This document shows, piece by piece, positions 1-15,395 of a stretch of 64,000 nt of DNA. The notes beneath the pieces are model-generated. The model did not search any database. It was not told the origin of the DNA and saw only the letters and a program-made list of their open reading frames with translations. The translations under genes were made by a program, and so were the position numbers. This stretch comes from the human T2T-CHM13v2.0 reference genome, Homo sapiens. Location of the stretch: the NCBI RefSeq assembly GCF_009914755.1, contig NC_060939.1; one strand, given 5' to 3'. The first letter of the stretch is position 1. Each line of letters begins with the position of its first letter.

Positions 1-844
1 TATCTCCACGACCTCATTCCTGTTATTTAATAATCTCTCTGAGCTTCAGTTTCCTCCTTGATAAAACAGAGGTGGTCATTCCTCTCTCACTGTGTTTCAT
101 TAAATATTAAAAGAGATTTTGTGGGTTAAGTGCAAAGCACCCGGCTATGGTAAATGTTTAAAAAATGTTAGCTGTTACTTTTAACAAAAAGATTCCCACA
201 AATAGTACTAATTGGTATCCTTTTGTAACTTCGACTAGGATCAAATATGGAAAGAGAAGTAAACTACAAGAGGCTCTTTGGCAGGACAGAATGGAGAGAG
301 AGCCATTTCTCTTGATTTATTTGTGGATGAAATGACTGTTATCCCGATCAGAGAAGTCGCCTACACACCCAGCTCAACCAATGCTTAAAGTCTTTTGGAT
401 TCCTCTTTTGGATATGCTTTCAGAGCCTGAAGCATATTGTTTTAAAGATCCTCAAATATTCATCCTTTGAGAGTAGATTTGATTTTTGCAGAGAAGTCAT
501 TTGGAATAAAATCTAGGCATTACATTAAGTTTTCAAGCTAAATAGTACAGTTTTTATTTTTTAAAACAAGGCACTTGCTTTTATGAAATGGGGTGTGTAT
601 CTTTGAGTCAATTCTGATGGTAGCTTTCAGAATTCTGAAGACTTGAGTGGCAGCAAATTAAGTGTCCAGCTTTCCAAATAGACATTCATTTGATATGTTA
701 AGTTCTGGCCCTTTTTAAAATTCTCTTGAAAAATAATATATAAATATAAAAAAATCTAAAAGTAATATAAAGATAATATATAAAAAATAGTAGTTGCTAG
801 TTTGCTAGTCTGATGCTCTGAAGAGGTCTGTCTTTAATAAAATA

Positions 845-1545
845 CTTCAACAAACACAACAGCCAATTGCAGTGTGGTATTCTTGTTTGGATCCTGGAAC
901 AGGAAAAGGACATTAGTGGAAAAACTAGTGAAATCCAAATAAAGTCTGGAGTTTAGTTCATAGTAATGCACCAACGTTGGTGTTTTAGTTTTGACAGATG
1001 TATCACGGTAATGTACAATGTTAACCTTACAGGAAATGGGTCAGGAGTATGTCGGGGCACTGTATTATCTTTTTGTTTTGTTTTCTTTTCTTTTCTTTTT
1101 TTTCTTGAGACAGAGTCTCACTCTGTTGCCCAGGCTGGAGTGCAGTGGCACGATCTCAGCTCACTGCAACCTCCCACTCCTAGTTCAAGCAATTCTCCTG
1201 CCTCGGTCTTCCGAGTAGCTGAGATTACAGGCATGCACCACCATGCCTGGCTGATTTTTGTATACACTGTATTATCTTTACACCTTTCCTGCAAATTCAA
1301 AATTATTCTAAAATGCAAAGTTGATTTAAGAAAAAAAACTAAATTACCAGAAAAAAATAAAGCAAGAAAAAGCCAAACTGTTATGATATGTTAATGTAGG
1401 TTCATCAAAGGTACTGCTGTGGTAGGGGATATTGATAATTGGGGAGACTGTGCATGTGTGGGGACAAGGAGGTATCTGGGAAATCTCTGTACCTTCCTCT
1501 CAGTTATGCTGTGAACCTAAAACTGCTTTAAAAGATAAAGTCCTT
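845..1545 (+). mobile_element. Old L1M (L1MC/MD-like) 3'-end fragments in the last ABHD17C intron, interrupted by an Alu
   Basis: Motifs typical of L1MC/MD 3'UTRs (ggatcctggaacag..aaaggacattagtggaaaaact..gtgaaatccaaataaagtct; gggaaatctctgtaccttcctctca..tgtgaacctaaaactgct). Subfamily assigned from recall. Confidence 0.7.
1073..1264 (-). mobile_element. 5'-truncated Alu (right arm only) with a 15-bp TSD
   Basis: Poly-T tail plus Alu right-arm sequence; CACTGTATTATCTTT at 1058-1072 and 1265-1279. Confidence 0.92.
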
Positions 1546-1697
1546 AATTTAAAAACAAAACAAAACAAACAAAAAAAACCCACGGTGTTATTTCCCTGCC
1601 TGTGGAGATTATTAACTTATCATTAAATGTGATGTGTATTATCTGTGAGCATAACTAATGGAGTCCTCTTTCTGCCTCCCCCCTTTCTGTTTTGCAG

Positions 1698-1917
1698 CAT
1701 TGACAAGATATCTAAAGTCACCTCTCCTGTGTTGGTCATTCATGGTACAGAGGATGAGGTCATCGATTTCTCCCATGGCCTAGCGATGTACGAGCGCTGT
1801 CCCCGAGCCGTGGAGCCCCTTTGGGTTGAAGGGGCTGGGCATAATGACATAGAGCTTTATGCACAATACCTAGAAAGACTAAAACAGTTCATATCTCACG
1901 AACTTCCTAATTCCTGA
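1698..1917 (+). CDS. ABHD17C: Last coding exon of ABHD17C (alpha/beta-hydrolase protein depalmitoylase)
   Basis: Branch point CTAAT at 1655-1659, pyrimidine tract and ttttgcag| acceptor ending at 1697 (phase 2). Translates (S)[27 protein letters not shown]...[30 protein letters not shown], with catalytic Asp (HGTEDEV) and His (GAGHND) motifs. The C-terminus matches ABHD17C as I recall it. Confidence 0.95.
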
Positions 1918-3170
1918 AGACAACAACTTGATCTTACCTCATTTACTGTGAACAGAAGAGTCCTCTGTTTTGCACATGCTTTAACTGGGTAGCTGTAAAG
2001 GCTTGATAACCATGAAGAAGTGCCCAACCTTTAGGGTGTTCTAATCAAAGAGCTGATGAAATCTCAGTCTTTTGTATCTAGAGGTGGTTCTGCTAATTCA
2101 CACAACACGTTAAACTGAACAGTCGTGATTCCCAGCTTCATTACCTTGCAGGAATGGGAATGAGAGCTGAATGTAGGGACAATTTTCTAGTGCTGTATAA
2201 AGTAGCCTCGCATCTGTTTCTCAACCTTATCCATCATTTCTGACATTCATGCAGGACTTGCCCTGTTGCCACCAATGTTCTCGGTATTTCACATGCAGCT
2301 CTCTTTCTGCCACTGGATACATGGGTTCAATCCATTTGTGAAGCTGTGATAGTGTAACTGGAAAGCTAGTGTGGTGAAAATTCCTTTATTATTTTTTGTT
2401 AACATGCTGATCTTTCCCGGACAAATGAACTGAAGGGTAATTTACTGGAACTCTCGTGTACAGCTTCATCAACTGTAACCATATAAATATAACTGGAATA
2501 TTCTTAAACAAAAAGAAACTAGGGGTTTTTTTAAGTGTAAATTTATTACTAGCCAACAGAGTTTTACTATTTTGATTGTCTGGTTGGTTTAACAAAGAGC
2601 CTAGCTGACTTTCCTTCTGTAAAGTCCTCCTTGTAGGCTTTTTTAAAGTACTGTACATATTTGCAATCACATTGTGCATAGATTCTTAATGGTAGATATG
2701 ATTTCTTTTGTCAGGCTACAACAATGAACTGCAGATTCCTTGTTTGTAATGTAAATGATTGAATACATTTTGTTAATATGTTTTTATTCCTATGTTTTGC
2801 TATTAAAAATTTTATAACATTTCCAAGACAAAAATTCCAAGTTTATGCTTTGAAGAATTTATGTAATTAAAATTTCACTAAACTAATCTTTTTAGTTTAG
2901 GAATTATTTGGGTTTTGACACTGGAAGTTGCGCCAAATAAGCATCAGAAATAGGAGATGCTTAACATTGCTATACTACTTGTGTTGGTTAGGGGTTTGGA
3001 TTTGGGGGTTCTTTGGTTTTAATTTTTTTTTCCACATTTAAAAGCCTTAAATGTACTGTAAGCCTCAGATCGTTGTACAACTGGACTGCGGTTGATTGCC
3101 AGATTGTGTACTGTTGCTTGGATGCGGCACAGTGGTTGGTAATGGAATAAAGGATGCATGGATCAGAATG
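1918..3170 (+). other. ABHD17C: ABHD17C 3'UTR
   Basis: Repeat-free AU-rich sequence after the stop codon, ending at AATAAA (3146-3151) followed by a GU/U-rich element. End position is approximate. Confidence 0.85.
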
Positions 3171-3196
3171 TGTGGGCTTGTGCAGTTTTTTTCTTC
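3146..3196 (+). terminator. Polyadenylation signal AATAAA with downstream GU/U-rich element
   Basis: AATAAA at 3146-3151, then tgtgtgggcttgtgcagttttttttcttc. Weaker upstream ATTAAA hexamers at 2802 and 2866. Confidence 0.8.
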
Positions 3197-5227
3197 ATCT
3201 CTCCATCAAAGAAAATAGTGAATAAGAAAACAACTTTTTGTCGTAATGTAGGAAGAAAACCTTGAGGCTTTCAAACTGCACCATCTTTCTCAAGGTATAT
3301 GGTTTTGTTCTATAAAAGGCCTTGGATTACTTTTGGAAGAAGCCAAGATATAAAGCATATAGCAGTAAAGTGCAGATGATATCTAAATAGAGGATGCAGT
3401 GGATTCTGGCTATGAAACAAAATTGATGAAGGTGACCTCATTGTGACCTGGCTCAGAGGAAGGACAGTGCCTCTTTTGTTGGGAAGCCTGAAACAGGTGT
3501 GTTCCATAGTTTTCAGCCCTTTGACCAGCTGAGCAGAAAAGAGCAGCTGAGGGATGCTAGTTTTCAACTCTTGGAACGCACTCTCCTAAGGTTGCATTAG
3601 GAGGAAGTGGTGGTCAGGAAGGTGTGAAGACATGAGTATGCACATGTGAATGCATGCATATGCCAGCTACTTCCTGATCTTGAATCAGGTGGGTGGGGCT
3701 GGCTTACCCGAGGGGGCATCAGCAAAGCTCCAGTGGTGATGCCTGTCCCAAAAGTCTGGGAGACCTAGGTAGGAAAAAGCACAAGCAATGACCTGCCTTT
3801 GGGGCCAGAGACCAGCGGGTCAGGGTTGCCAGAGACCTGATTTCTGATTCTATTTGTGTGCTGCTTGCATCTTCTGTAATCCTTACCCCCCTTTTTTCTC
3901 CTAAACTATTTAGTAAATTTCTTTTCATCAGCCAAATATCGGGAAATGATAAGATTGACAATAACAGAAACTAAGGTGGCAAAGCCTTTTGCTTCATTGG
4001 TTTTGTCACTTGATGTGGATGGTTTGTATCCACTGGAAGCAGCTCGTGCTTTGCCAAAACTGAGGAGGGAAGTTTCTCCAACTTTTGCCAGGGTTTGGCA
4101 TGGGAACGGCATTCCTCTGAGAATTGCATGTGTGGTAACAGTGGGAACCCCAGGGAGAAATCCTCTATTGGTTTCTGAGAGACACCCCTCCTGAGCTGCA
4201 GGCTTTTTCTAGAGCTGTTCTCCATTCAGACCTGGGGCCGGATTCCAGGTGTTTGGTTTCCACTAAGTGAGGATGCGTCTCCTTTCTGAGTGCCTTACTA
4301 TTTCTTTCTCCCTAGTCAAGAAGGAAAAATTAAGTGGCTACCTGAAGTCCTTGCAAAGTATAGAGAAGGTATATGTATTGTTTCTAATATATGAATTCGT
4401 GCCTTACGCTTGTGGAAATCCGTTTATAACTATTAAAAGCCTAGAAGTAACATTCAGAGCAAGATATTGTGACCGTATTATTATTCATTCTGTTGATGAT
4501 TATTATGCTTTATGATCCCTAAAATTAAGCAGAGTAATACAGATTTGGATCACTCATTATAATCGCATGAGAATCTCAAATCCTAATTTAAATGATTGTA
4601 GCATCCTTTGAAAACAAGAATGGAATGATTGCTACTGTCTCAAAATAGAATGAGTCTATAGTTTAAAAAACAAAAAAAAAACCTGTTAGCACTCTTGTTC
4701 AAGACTGAATTTTGAATGTGAAAATCAAAGGTTTGAAAGGGCAAATGAATTGTCAAAATACTCTTTTTGGGAACATTTCTGTGACTCTTGGTGTGTGGAG
4801 GAGAAATATAGAATCTATAGACTTCGGGGCCTTGATCACTTCAGGAAATGATCACAAGTGTATTAGCCTGCACAGAACAAGAAGGATCCCTTCTTAATGT
4901 GAGGGATCACCTTGGGTTCCAGTTGAAAACTGAATGCCCCCTCTCTCAGTGCTCCCCTTTCTATAGGTACCTGCTACTGCCCTTTCTTAGAACTAGGACT
5001 TGAAAGTGCAAACACATGAAGAGGGTCTGTCTGTTCTAGTCTTTTTCAGTTGAGCCTTTTCAGAGGGAGGATTAGGACCATATCTAATCTGTCTTTGTAT
5101 CCAAGCTGAGTGATTTTGACCTCGTTCCCTAATTTCTCTGGGCCTCTGATGCTTTTTTTACCCCTTGTTGACCACACGTAGGGCACATAGTCATTAAATG
5201 AAATCATGGCTATGCAAATACTGTCCA

Positions 5228-5496
5228 TTTTTTGCTTTATTTTCGACACAGAGTCTCACTCTGTTGCCCAGGCTGGAATGCAGTGATGTGATTATGGCTC
5301 ACTGCAGCCTCAACCTCCCAATCCTCCCATCTCAGCCTCCCAAATTAGCCACCGTGCCTGGCTAATTTTTATGTTTTCTTGTAGAGGCAGGGTTTCGCCA
5401 TGTTGCCCAGGCTGGTCTCAAACTCCTGGCCTCAAGCGATCCTCCTACCTCGGCCTCAAAGTGCTGGGATTACAGGTGTGAGCCTCCACGCCCGGC
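5228..5496 (-). mobile_element. Alu (old, AluJ-like, internal deletion)
   Basis: Dimeric Alu reverse complement with part of the right arm missing. Confidence 0.85.
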
Positions 5497-5779
5497 ATTT
5501 TGTGCTTTGTAAAGCACTGTAAATTGTATTACTGGCAGCAGAGCTACTTAAGATGAAGCTCTCAAAAGAGAATAAAATGATAACATTTGAAGAACTAGGG
5601 GAAAGCAAGCACCAGATTATCTTCCAAAAAGTATACTAGGCCCAGGCAGTTATAAGAATAAATTCCTTCAAACTATTAAGAAATAATTCCATAGTATATT
5701 AACAGTTCTAAAGGTGCGTGCATGCGCACATCCATTCATACTCAAGAGACTAAAGTGGAGCTCACATACAGAGGCAAAA

Positions 5780-8480
5780 GTGCTAAACAAAATACTGCAA
5801 AATCAATCCTCTATCAAAAGAACAAACAGCATGATCAAATTCGAGTTATACAAACACAGCATTAGGAGATAATGTTACTTTCTGTTTGCTAGTAGTAACT
5901 AGTTAGGAAATATCATGGCCAAAAGACCTCACTTACAATAGTACCTCACTTAGAATAGTAACACAGAAAACATACTCAGTGCAATAATGAACCTAGAAGA
6001 TCTCGTGACTTCTGTTTTCTGCTTTGTGATGGTCCTGGGATGTGAACCACCCCTTCCACTGAAAACAGTTACTGAATGAAATGGTAAAAATCTAAACAGA
6101 TGCATGAACTGTCAAGAAAATAAGACCTGTGTGCAGGCCAAATGCAAAATAAAGATAAGAACTGACAGGAAGGAGAAGCACTGAAACTAGTTTTCTCTTT
6201 GAAGGAATTTGCTGGACTCGTTTAATCTGAACACTGGTTTTCCAGTCTGGTGAATCTCAGAGCAGTGAACAAAACCTAGAGCGCCCTCCAAGGCAGGAGA
6301 TCTACTTGGAAACTATCTTCTTTTAGGGCAAATTCGTAGGATCATTTCAATAGACACAGAGAAAACATTTTCTGGAACTCAATGTCCCATTTAAGTTAAA
6401 AAAAACCAAAACACTTATTAAACAAGGAATAGGGGGAAACTTTTATATAGAGAGATTATCCCAAAACATAATAAGCATTATACCAAGAGGCAAAACATCA
6501 GAAGCCTTATGCTACTTTAGATTGGAAATTAAAGATAATATCCACTACCCTCACTCTCTTCAAAGTTACACGAAAAATTCTAGCAAGTTCAGTAGGGTCA
6601 AAAAGGTAAAAAGATATAAGACATGGAAAAGAAGAGGCAGTGAATATGCTCTAAATCCAAACTATTGTGATGGTTGCACAACTCACTAAACTTGTCAAAA
6701 ATCATTCAAATGTACATATAAAATGGATAGATTTTATATGTAAAGTATACCTTAATAAAAATTATAAAAATAAATGAAAAAAACTATTCAGGTTATGATT
6801 GTCTATGTAGAAAACCTGAAAGTATCTATAAATTATTAGATTTAATAAGAGTTTAGGTTGCTAGACACAAAATCAATATACAAAAATCTACCTTATTTCC
6901 ATAAATCAGGAAAAATATTTAATAAGCCATAGAAAAGAAAAATGCCACTTACAATAGTATTAAAAAACATTAAATACCTGAGACTAACACACCATGCACA
7001 AGACACATTCAGGAGAAAAAGTTATTTTTGAAAGACATTAAAGAAGACCTAAATTAGAGATATACCATGTTTATGGATAAGAGGTCTCACTACTTAAATA
7101 TATCAGTGCTTCCAAAATAGATCTGTGGGGTTAATATGATTCAATCAACATCCCAACAGGTTTGTTTCTGGATTCTGACTCTAGAAATGTGTGATTCTGA
7201 AATTTGTATGGAAGAACAAAGGGCCAAAAATAGCCAGAATAATTGAAGATGAAAAAGGTGGAGTATATACCTTACCAGAATAAAGAATTCCACGTGAGAA
7301 ATTTCAAGATTCAAAAGCCTCCATCCTTCCAATTCTGTAGTGTAGAAAGCCTTGCCTGACACCCGACTCTAGGTTAATGCCCCTCCCAAGAGCTGTCTTC
7401 ATATTCTGTACTCCCCTGCACATCGCAGTTATCATTAATATACTTAATAATTATTATATTATTAATATAAATAGTTTCCTTGTGGTTCATATAATTCCAG
7501 AAGTTATAGCCATGTATTAAGACAAGAAAAATTTAGCTGGGCATGATGGCACATGCCTATAATCCCAGCTACTTGGGAGGATGGCTTGAACCTGGGAGGT
7601 TGCAGTGAGCCAAAATTGCACCACTGCACTCCAGCCTGGGTGACAGAGGCTGACCCTGTCTCAAAAAATAAATAAAGTAAAATCAAATGGTTTAAAAAAA
7701 GAAAAAAAGAATGAGATATGTATATCTCATGCAGTAACACCCAAGAGAAACAATTGAACGATGATTTAGAATTAATAACAGATTAATAAAATAATTGGTG
7801 ACAAAATGAATCTTGAAACCTCAAAGGAATAAATTTTTAGATTTGGTTTATTTAAAATATAAAACTTTCATAGTAAAAATAGCATACTCTAATGACAAAT
7901 TTGGGGTAAAACATTACAAAGCATATGATAGATAATGTAAAAATATACTTAGTTATCCAATGATTGAGACACTCCATGTGTAAAAGAGCATAGGACATGA
8001 AGAGATTGTTCATAAGAGATTGTTGTCTGTAATAATCATATAGATTTAATTAAATAATCAAATATAGCAAACAACTACAGATTTAAATAGTAAAATTCCA
8101 TTTTAAATTATGAACTTGGTATAAATATTTAAATTATAATACCCATTGGTGATGAGGGTGTAGATAAATGGGTTCTCTAAAATGATGCTGCTAACTTTAT
8201 ATATCACATAGGTACAAACTTTCTAAAGTACACCTTGACTCAAAATCCTAACAATGTCCATTTAATCTAACTAATTGTTTCTAGGAATTTAGCCTTAGGA
8301 AATAATCAAGATGAGATAGAATTATATGGGATAATTACTGCTCTACTCTTAGCAACAGTGAAAGCTCGCAAACAATCTGTTTTCAGCCATAGGGATTTAA
8401 TTATTATGTTTATACAACGAATTACTCTGCAACCATAGAAGAGAATGCCATAGAATAGTATTTAGTGGCATGGAAATATT
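5780..8480 (+). mobile_element. Degraded L1M (L1ME-like) ORF2/3' remnants
   Basis: A-rich sequence with L1 ORF2-derived motifs (atgattgtctatgtagaaaacc, aaatcaatatacaaaaatc, gaaagacattaaagaagacctaaa, tatggaagaacaaagggccaa). No intact ORF. Confidence 0.7.
7527..7677 (+). mobile_element. Alu right-arm/monomer fragment
   Basis: aaatttagctgggcatg...cctgtctcaaaaaataaataaa. Confidence 0.85.
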
Positions 8481-8487
8481 TTCAAGA

Positions 8488-8655
8488 GCTAGGCGTGGTG
8501 GCTTGCACCTGTAATCCCAGCTACTCAGGAGGCTGAGGCCAGAGGATCACTTGAGCCCAGGAGTTTGAGACTGCAGTGAGCTATGATCATGCCACTGCAC
8601 TACAGCCTGGGCGACAGAGTGAGACTCTGCCTCTTAAAAGAGAAAAAAAAAAAAA
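8488..8655 (+). mobile_element. Alu monomer (FRAM-like)
   Basis: Monomeric Alu with an A-rich tail. Confidence 0.8.
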
Positions 8656-8840
8656 GAGAGAGAGGCAGTTGAATCTCATCAACAGAAATGTGCATCTGTT
8701 AACATTTTGGTGCGTAGCCAGCTGTTTGTCCAAGTTTGGGGGTGTGGAGGAGGTGCAGGAAGCAGTGACGGGAAGTCATACACATGAACTATTTGGTATT
8801 CACTTTTATCACATAACAATGTATCTTGAAAATCTTAAAA

Positions 8841-9171
<331 letters not shown>

Positions 9172-9668
9172 TAAAGAGGAATGCCCAAACCCATTCTTCA
9201 GGATTCATGTGAAGTAGTTGTTATATAAAATGGTGTCAGTAAGAGCCTTTGTTATCATAAGTTGTTCTGGAACACCACTGGATGGCACTATCTAACTCCC
9301 CCAGAAAATGTTGCTTTTACTAAAGAGAACAAATATTCGGGGTAAATCGCCTCCCGCTGTGTGTAAGGGTTATGCAGCCAATAAATGAAGTGCATATAAA
9401 TACGGCATTTCACTCTGTCCAGCTCTAATACTTCCACCTGAGGCTTTGCCCATTGGGATTTCAACAGGAGACACAGGCATTTCCCATTGGAACTTGCCCG
9501 GAGCTTGCCCTGCTGGATGGGTTCCAGGCAGAGGGCCAGGAAGCAGCCCTGGTGCAGGAGGCCCGCCTGTTCCTGACCCTGTTCCTTTTCAGCCAGAGAC
9601 CCTGGCCACTGCCTGGACCTCAGAATCCTCATGTGTGAAGTAAGGGGTCCATTCCATCTGCAGTTCTT

Positions 9669-10628
9669 TTATGTGTGTATGGTAAGACATACATAACATA
9701 CAATTTACCTTTTAAACCTTTTTTAGGTGTGCCAGTTCAGGGGCATTAAGTACATTCACATTGTTGTGCAACCATCACCACTCTCCATCTCTAGAACTTT
9801 TTCATCATCCCAAACTGAAACTCTGTACCCACTAAGCACTAACTCCCCATTCCCCTGTCACCCAAGCCCCTGGCATCCACCATTCTGCTGTCTCTATAAA
9901 TTTGACCACTCTAGGTATCTCATGTATGTGGAATCATTAAGTGTATTTGCCCTTTTGTGTCTGGCCTATTTCACTTAGCATAATGTCCTCGAGGTTCTTT
10001 CATGTGATAGATTTTGCTCCTTTTTAAGGCTGAATAAGTTTCCATTGTATGTATATACCACTGTATTAGTCCATTTTCATGCTGCTGATAAATACATAAC
10101 AGAGACTGGGCAATTTACAAAAGAAAGAGGTTTATTGGACTTAGAGTTCCACATGGCTGGGGAGGCCTCACAATCATGGCGAAAGGCAAGAGCAAGTCAC
10201 ATCATACATCGTTGGCAGCAGGCAAAGAGAGAGCTTGGGCAGAGTAACTCCTGTTTTTAAAACCATCGGATCTTGTGAGACCCATTCACTATCACGAGAA
10301 CAGCATGGGAAAGACCCACCCCCATGAGTCAATCATCTCCCACTGGGTCCCTCCCACAAAATGTGGGAATTATGGGAGCCACAAGATGAGATTTGGGTGG
10401 GGACACAGAGCCAAACCATATCAACCATATTTTCTTTATCCTTTCATCCATTGATGAACATTCGGGTTATTTACACCTTTTGGCTGTTATGAATAGTGCT
10501 GCTATGAACATGGGTGTGCAAATATGTCTGAGACTCTGCTTTCAATTCTTTGGGGTATATACCCAGAAATAGAATTGCTGGATCATATGGTAATTCTATG
10601 TTTAATTTTTGAGGAACCACCATATTTT
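9669..10628 (-). mobile_element. L1MB-like 3' end, split by a THE1 LTR
   Basis: Reverse complement of an L1MA/MB 3'UTR (cattaagtacattcacattgttgtgcaaccatcacc; gctgctatgaacatgggtgtgcaaata; ggatcatatggtaattctatgtttaattttttgaggaacc). Confidence 0.85.
10062..10423 (-). mobile_element. THE1/MST (MaLR) solo LTR, 362 bp
   Basis: TGTATTAG...CCAAACCATATCA termini; 5-bp TSD ACCAC (10057-10061) / ACCAT (10424-10428). Confidence 0.92.
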
Positions 10629-10647
10629 ATCTGTAATTCTTAAACAA

Positions 10648-11394
<747 letters not shown>

Positions 11395-11399
11395 TAATC

Positions 11400-11550
11400 T
11401 GCAATTCTTAACAGGAGTCTTGGGATCTATGACCCCCTTTGAAACTGCATGCCATACTTTGGATGCCTGTACCTATGGGCATTTTTCTGGGGAGAAAATC
11501 CACAGTTCCAGCAGAAGGTATCAATGATTCTGAAAGATTAAGAACACAGA
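11400..11550. mobile_element. Ancient hAT/Charlie-type DNA transposon remnant
   Basis: Ends resemble hAT termini (ttcttaac...ttaagaacacag); internal gacccctttg and atttttctggggaga. Confidence 0.5.
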
Positions 11551-12729
11551 ACTAGACGGTATTTACAGGTTCTTTAAAAATCAATATTTTTGGCCTCTGA
11601 GAACTGTGAGAGAAGATTATGGAGAGGTTAAGGAGCTCGGATTTATCCCACAGTCAATCCCAGAGAGAGGCATGAGTTTGTCAGAGCTCTTTGAGTAAGG
11701 AGGGGGTCTCTGGATGTACCAGAGTGGAGTGTAGAAGTGTTTATAAGCCCAGAAGAAGACAAGACAGTGATGGAGTCCTGGATGCAGAGACAGCAGGTGT
11801 AGCTGGGAGTTTTTGTGCCATGGGAACTGTGTGACCTTGGGCAAATCTCTTAACAGCTCTGGGCCTGTCCCTTATCTCTGAAATGGTAGTAATTCCTTGA
11901 CTACACAGTCAAGTAAGGATCAGGTGAAATTCTGTAGGCAGAAATAAATGCCTTGCAAGAGGTAATGGAGGCTTGGACCCTCTCATTAAATGGATGGGCG
12001 AGGTCTGGGTTTAGAACAAAACAGAAAACCTTTGAAAACTCTTGGGTAAGACAGTTTACCCTGTCTGTGCCCTCACTAGGTTGTTACTTAAAATCATTAC
12101 TCTGCTGCTAAATGATTTACCATTTGGCTGGCCCCAGCTTGTTCATACCTGGCCCTGTCTGATTCTGTCTGGGTGTGGGTGGAGATGGGCCCAGGGCCTC
12201 CAGACCTACACAGATACTGTCTTCTGTCTGAATCCCACTCCCCCAGACCTCCCTTCTTCAGGCTCCCACGTGCCCTGCAGATAGGTCTGTGAGACACACG
12301 TGGCTTCTGAGCCCCTCCAGCACATTCCAGGATGGGACCTGGAGAGGACCAGGGTCCCTAAAATAAAAAGCCAGTTTGGGAAAGAAGTGGACCCTCTCTA
12401 TGCTGGTATCAAAGCAAGGGCCGGGGGAGCCAGCTCAGAAGAGAGCAGAGAAGGATGTTTGATGAAGCCTGAGTTACATTTAAGAAGGGGGCTCAGAAGA
12501 ACTTACAGGAAAGATGCCCTTTAAACAACTTTTTTTTAAATTTAAAATTTTAACATTTTATCTAAAGAAGTGGATAACAGATATTTTTACAGTTTAAGCG
12601 GGGGGGAACCCATATTCCTACTATTGAACCTGAAATAGAATATTACCAGGACCTTAGAAACTCACTTTCTCCCGTTCTCCCCAATCACATTCTCTTTCCT
12701 CCTGTATTCCAGAATAACCTCTATCTTGA

Positions 12730-13201
<472 letters not shown>

Positions 13202-13300
13202 TTTTTGCTTTCTTCTTTTACTCCACATGATGCCTTTTAGATTTGTCGATGTTAATCCATACAGCTGTAGTTTAGTTTATTTATATTCATAGCTGTGTAG

Positions 13301-13628
<328 letters not shown>

Positions 13629-13724
13629 TCTATGCAATCTCTTGTTGGTGGACATTTAGGTTGTCTTCCAGGCTTTCGCTATTAAAGAGTTTTGTACATC
13701 TTACAATGTGAGCGACTTCTGGTT

Positions 13725-14010
13725 GAAGGTTCTTAATGTTGGCAACATACTGAAATTACCTGAGAGGCATTTGCAAGTGCTGATGCCTGGGGTGCCACCC
13801 TCAGAGATTCCAATTTAATCAGTCTGGAGGGGGTTCCAATGGGCACTTAGGGATTGAAAGCCACTGCTCCAGAAAGGGCTTCTCAATCTCCAGTGCGTAC
13901 ACAAATCACCCGGGGATGCAGGTTTTGACTCAGTAGCTTCATGGTAGGACCTGAGATTCTGCATTTGTGAGAAGCTCCCAGCTGCTGCTGGTCCATGGCC
14001 CCATCTGAGT
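13725..14010. mobile_element. MER5-type hAT DNA transposon remnants (two adjacent)
   Basis: Motifs ggttcttaa..attacctg..cagagattc..atttaat..gtctgg and ttctcaa..aatcacc..ggggat..cctgagattctgcattt..aagctccca. Confidence 0.65.
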
Positions 14011-14563
14011 ATTGCTGAGTCACTGGGGATCTGCCTGTTCAGCTTCACCAGGTAATGCCAAGTCATTTTCCAAAGGAGGGGCACCAATTTACCCTCCCAC
14101 CAACAGAGGATGGGCGTTCTAGTTATCCACACATGGCATCCTCTAACTTTGTAAATTTTTGCCCAAATAGTGGATGTGAAATGTTATGCTCTTGATTACA
14201 CATGAGAATAAGCAACTTTTCAGAAACATATGGTCATTTGTAAGTTCTACGTTGCAAAATGTCTGTACATGACTCTTGACTACTTATCTGATAGAGTTCT
14301 ATATTTTTCTTTTTTGAAGAAATTATTTATATATTCTGGACACAAATCCTTTATATACGATCAATATATTCTCTCCATTTGTCCTTTGAAGAGAATTTTA
14401 TTTACTGATTCTTCCTCCCAGTGATATCCCAGTTGACATATTAGTTTCTAATTAGGAAGCTTCTAATCAGTTTCTAATTTCTTGCCACTCCCATATGAGC
14501 CATTTCAGCACCATCAACTTCTCAGAATCATTTAAGAAAAGATATATGTAAAGAGTAGACAGA

Positions 14564-14932
<369 letters not shown>

Positions 14933-14972
14933 TCAAGACCAGCCAGCACAACATATTGAGACCGTGTCTTTC

Positions 14973-14988
14973 GGGGGGGGGGGGGGGG
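14973..14988 (+). repeat. G16 homopolymer at the end of an Alu left-arm fragment (14897-14972)
   Basis: Counted directly in the sequence. Confidence 0.95.
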
Positions 14989-15029
14989 AAAAGGACCATT
15001 TGGTGCATAAGGAATGATAAAAAATATAA

Positions 15030-15353
<324 letters not shown>

Positions 15354-15395
15354 TAATCAGACCTTATTTGCCAGGCTGACTGATGGATAGAATTT

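Noticed and set aside
966-1394. 142-aa ORF and the many other ORFs with [15 protein letters not shown] / [12 protein letters not shown]-type peptides
   Set aside because: These are translations of Alu sequence, with no splice or promoter context.
1645-1697. Apparent N-terminus [17 protein letters not shown] of the 90-aa ORF
   Set aside because: Intronic branch point and pyrimidine tract read in frame from a GTG; the real exon starts at 1698.
5926-5960. Tandem duplication ACCTCACTTA(C/G)AATAGT
   Set aside because: Ordinary slippage duplication inside a decayed L1.
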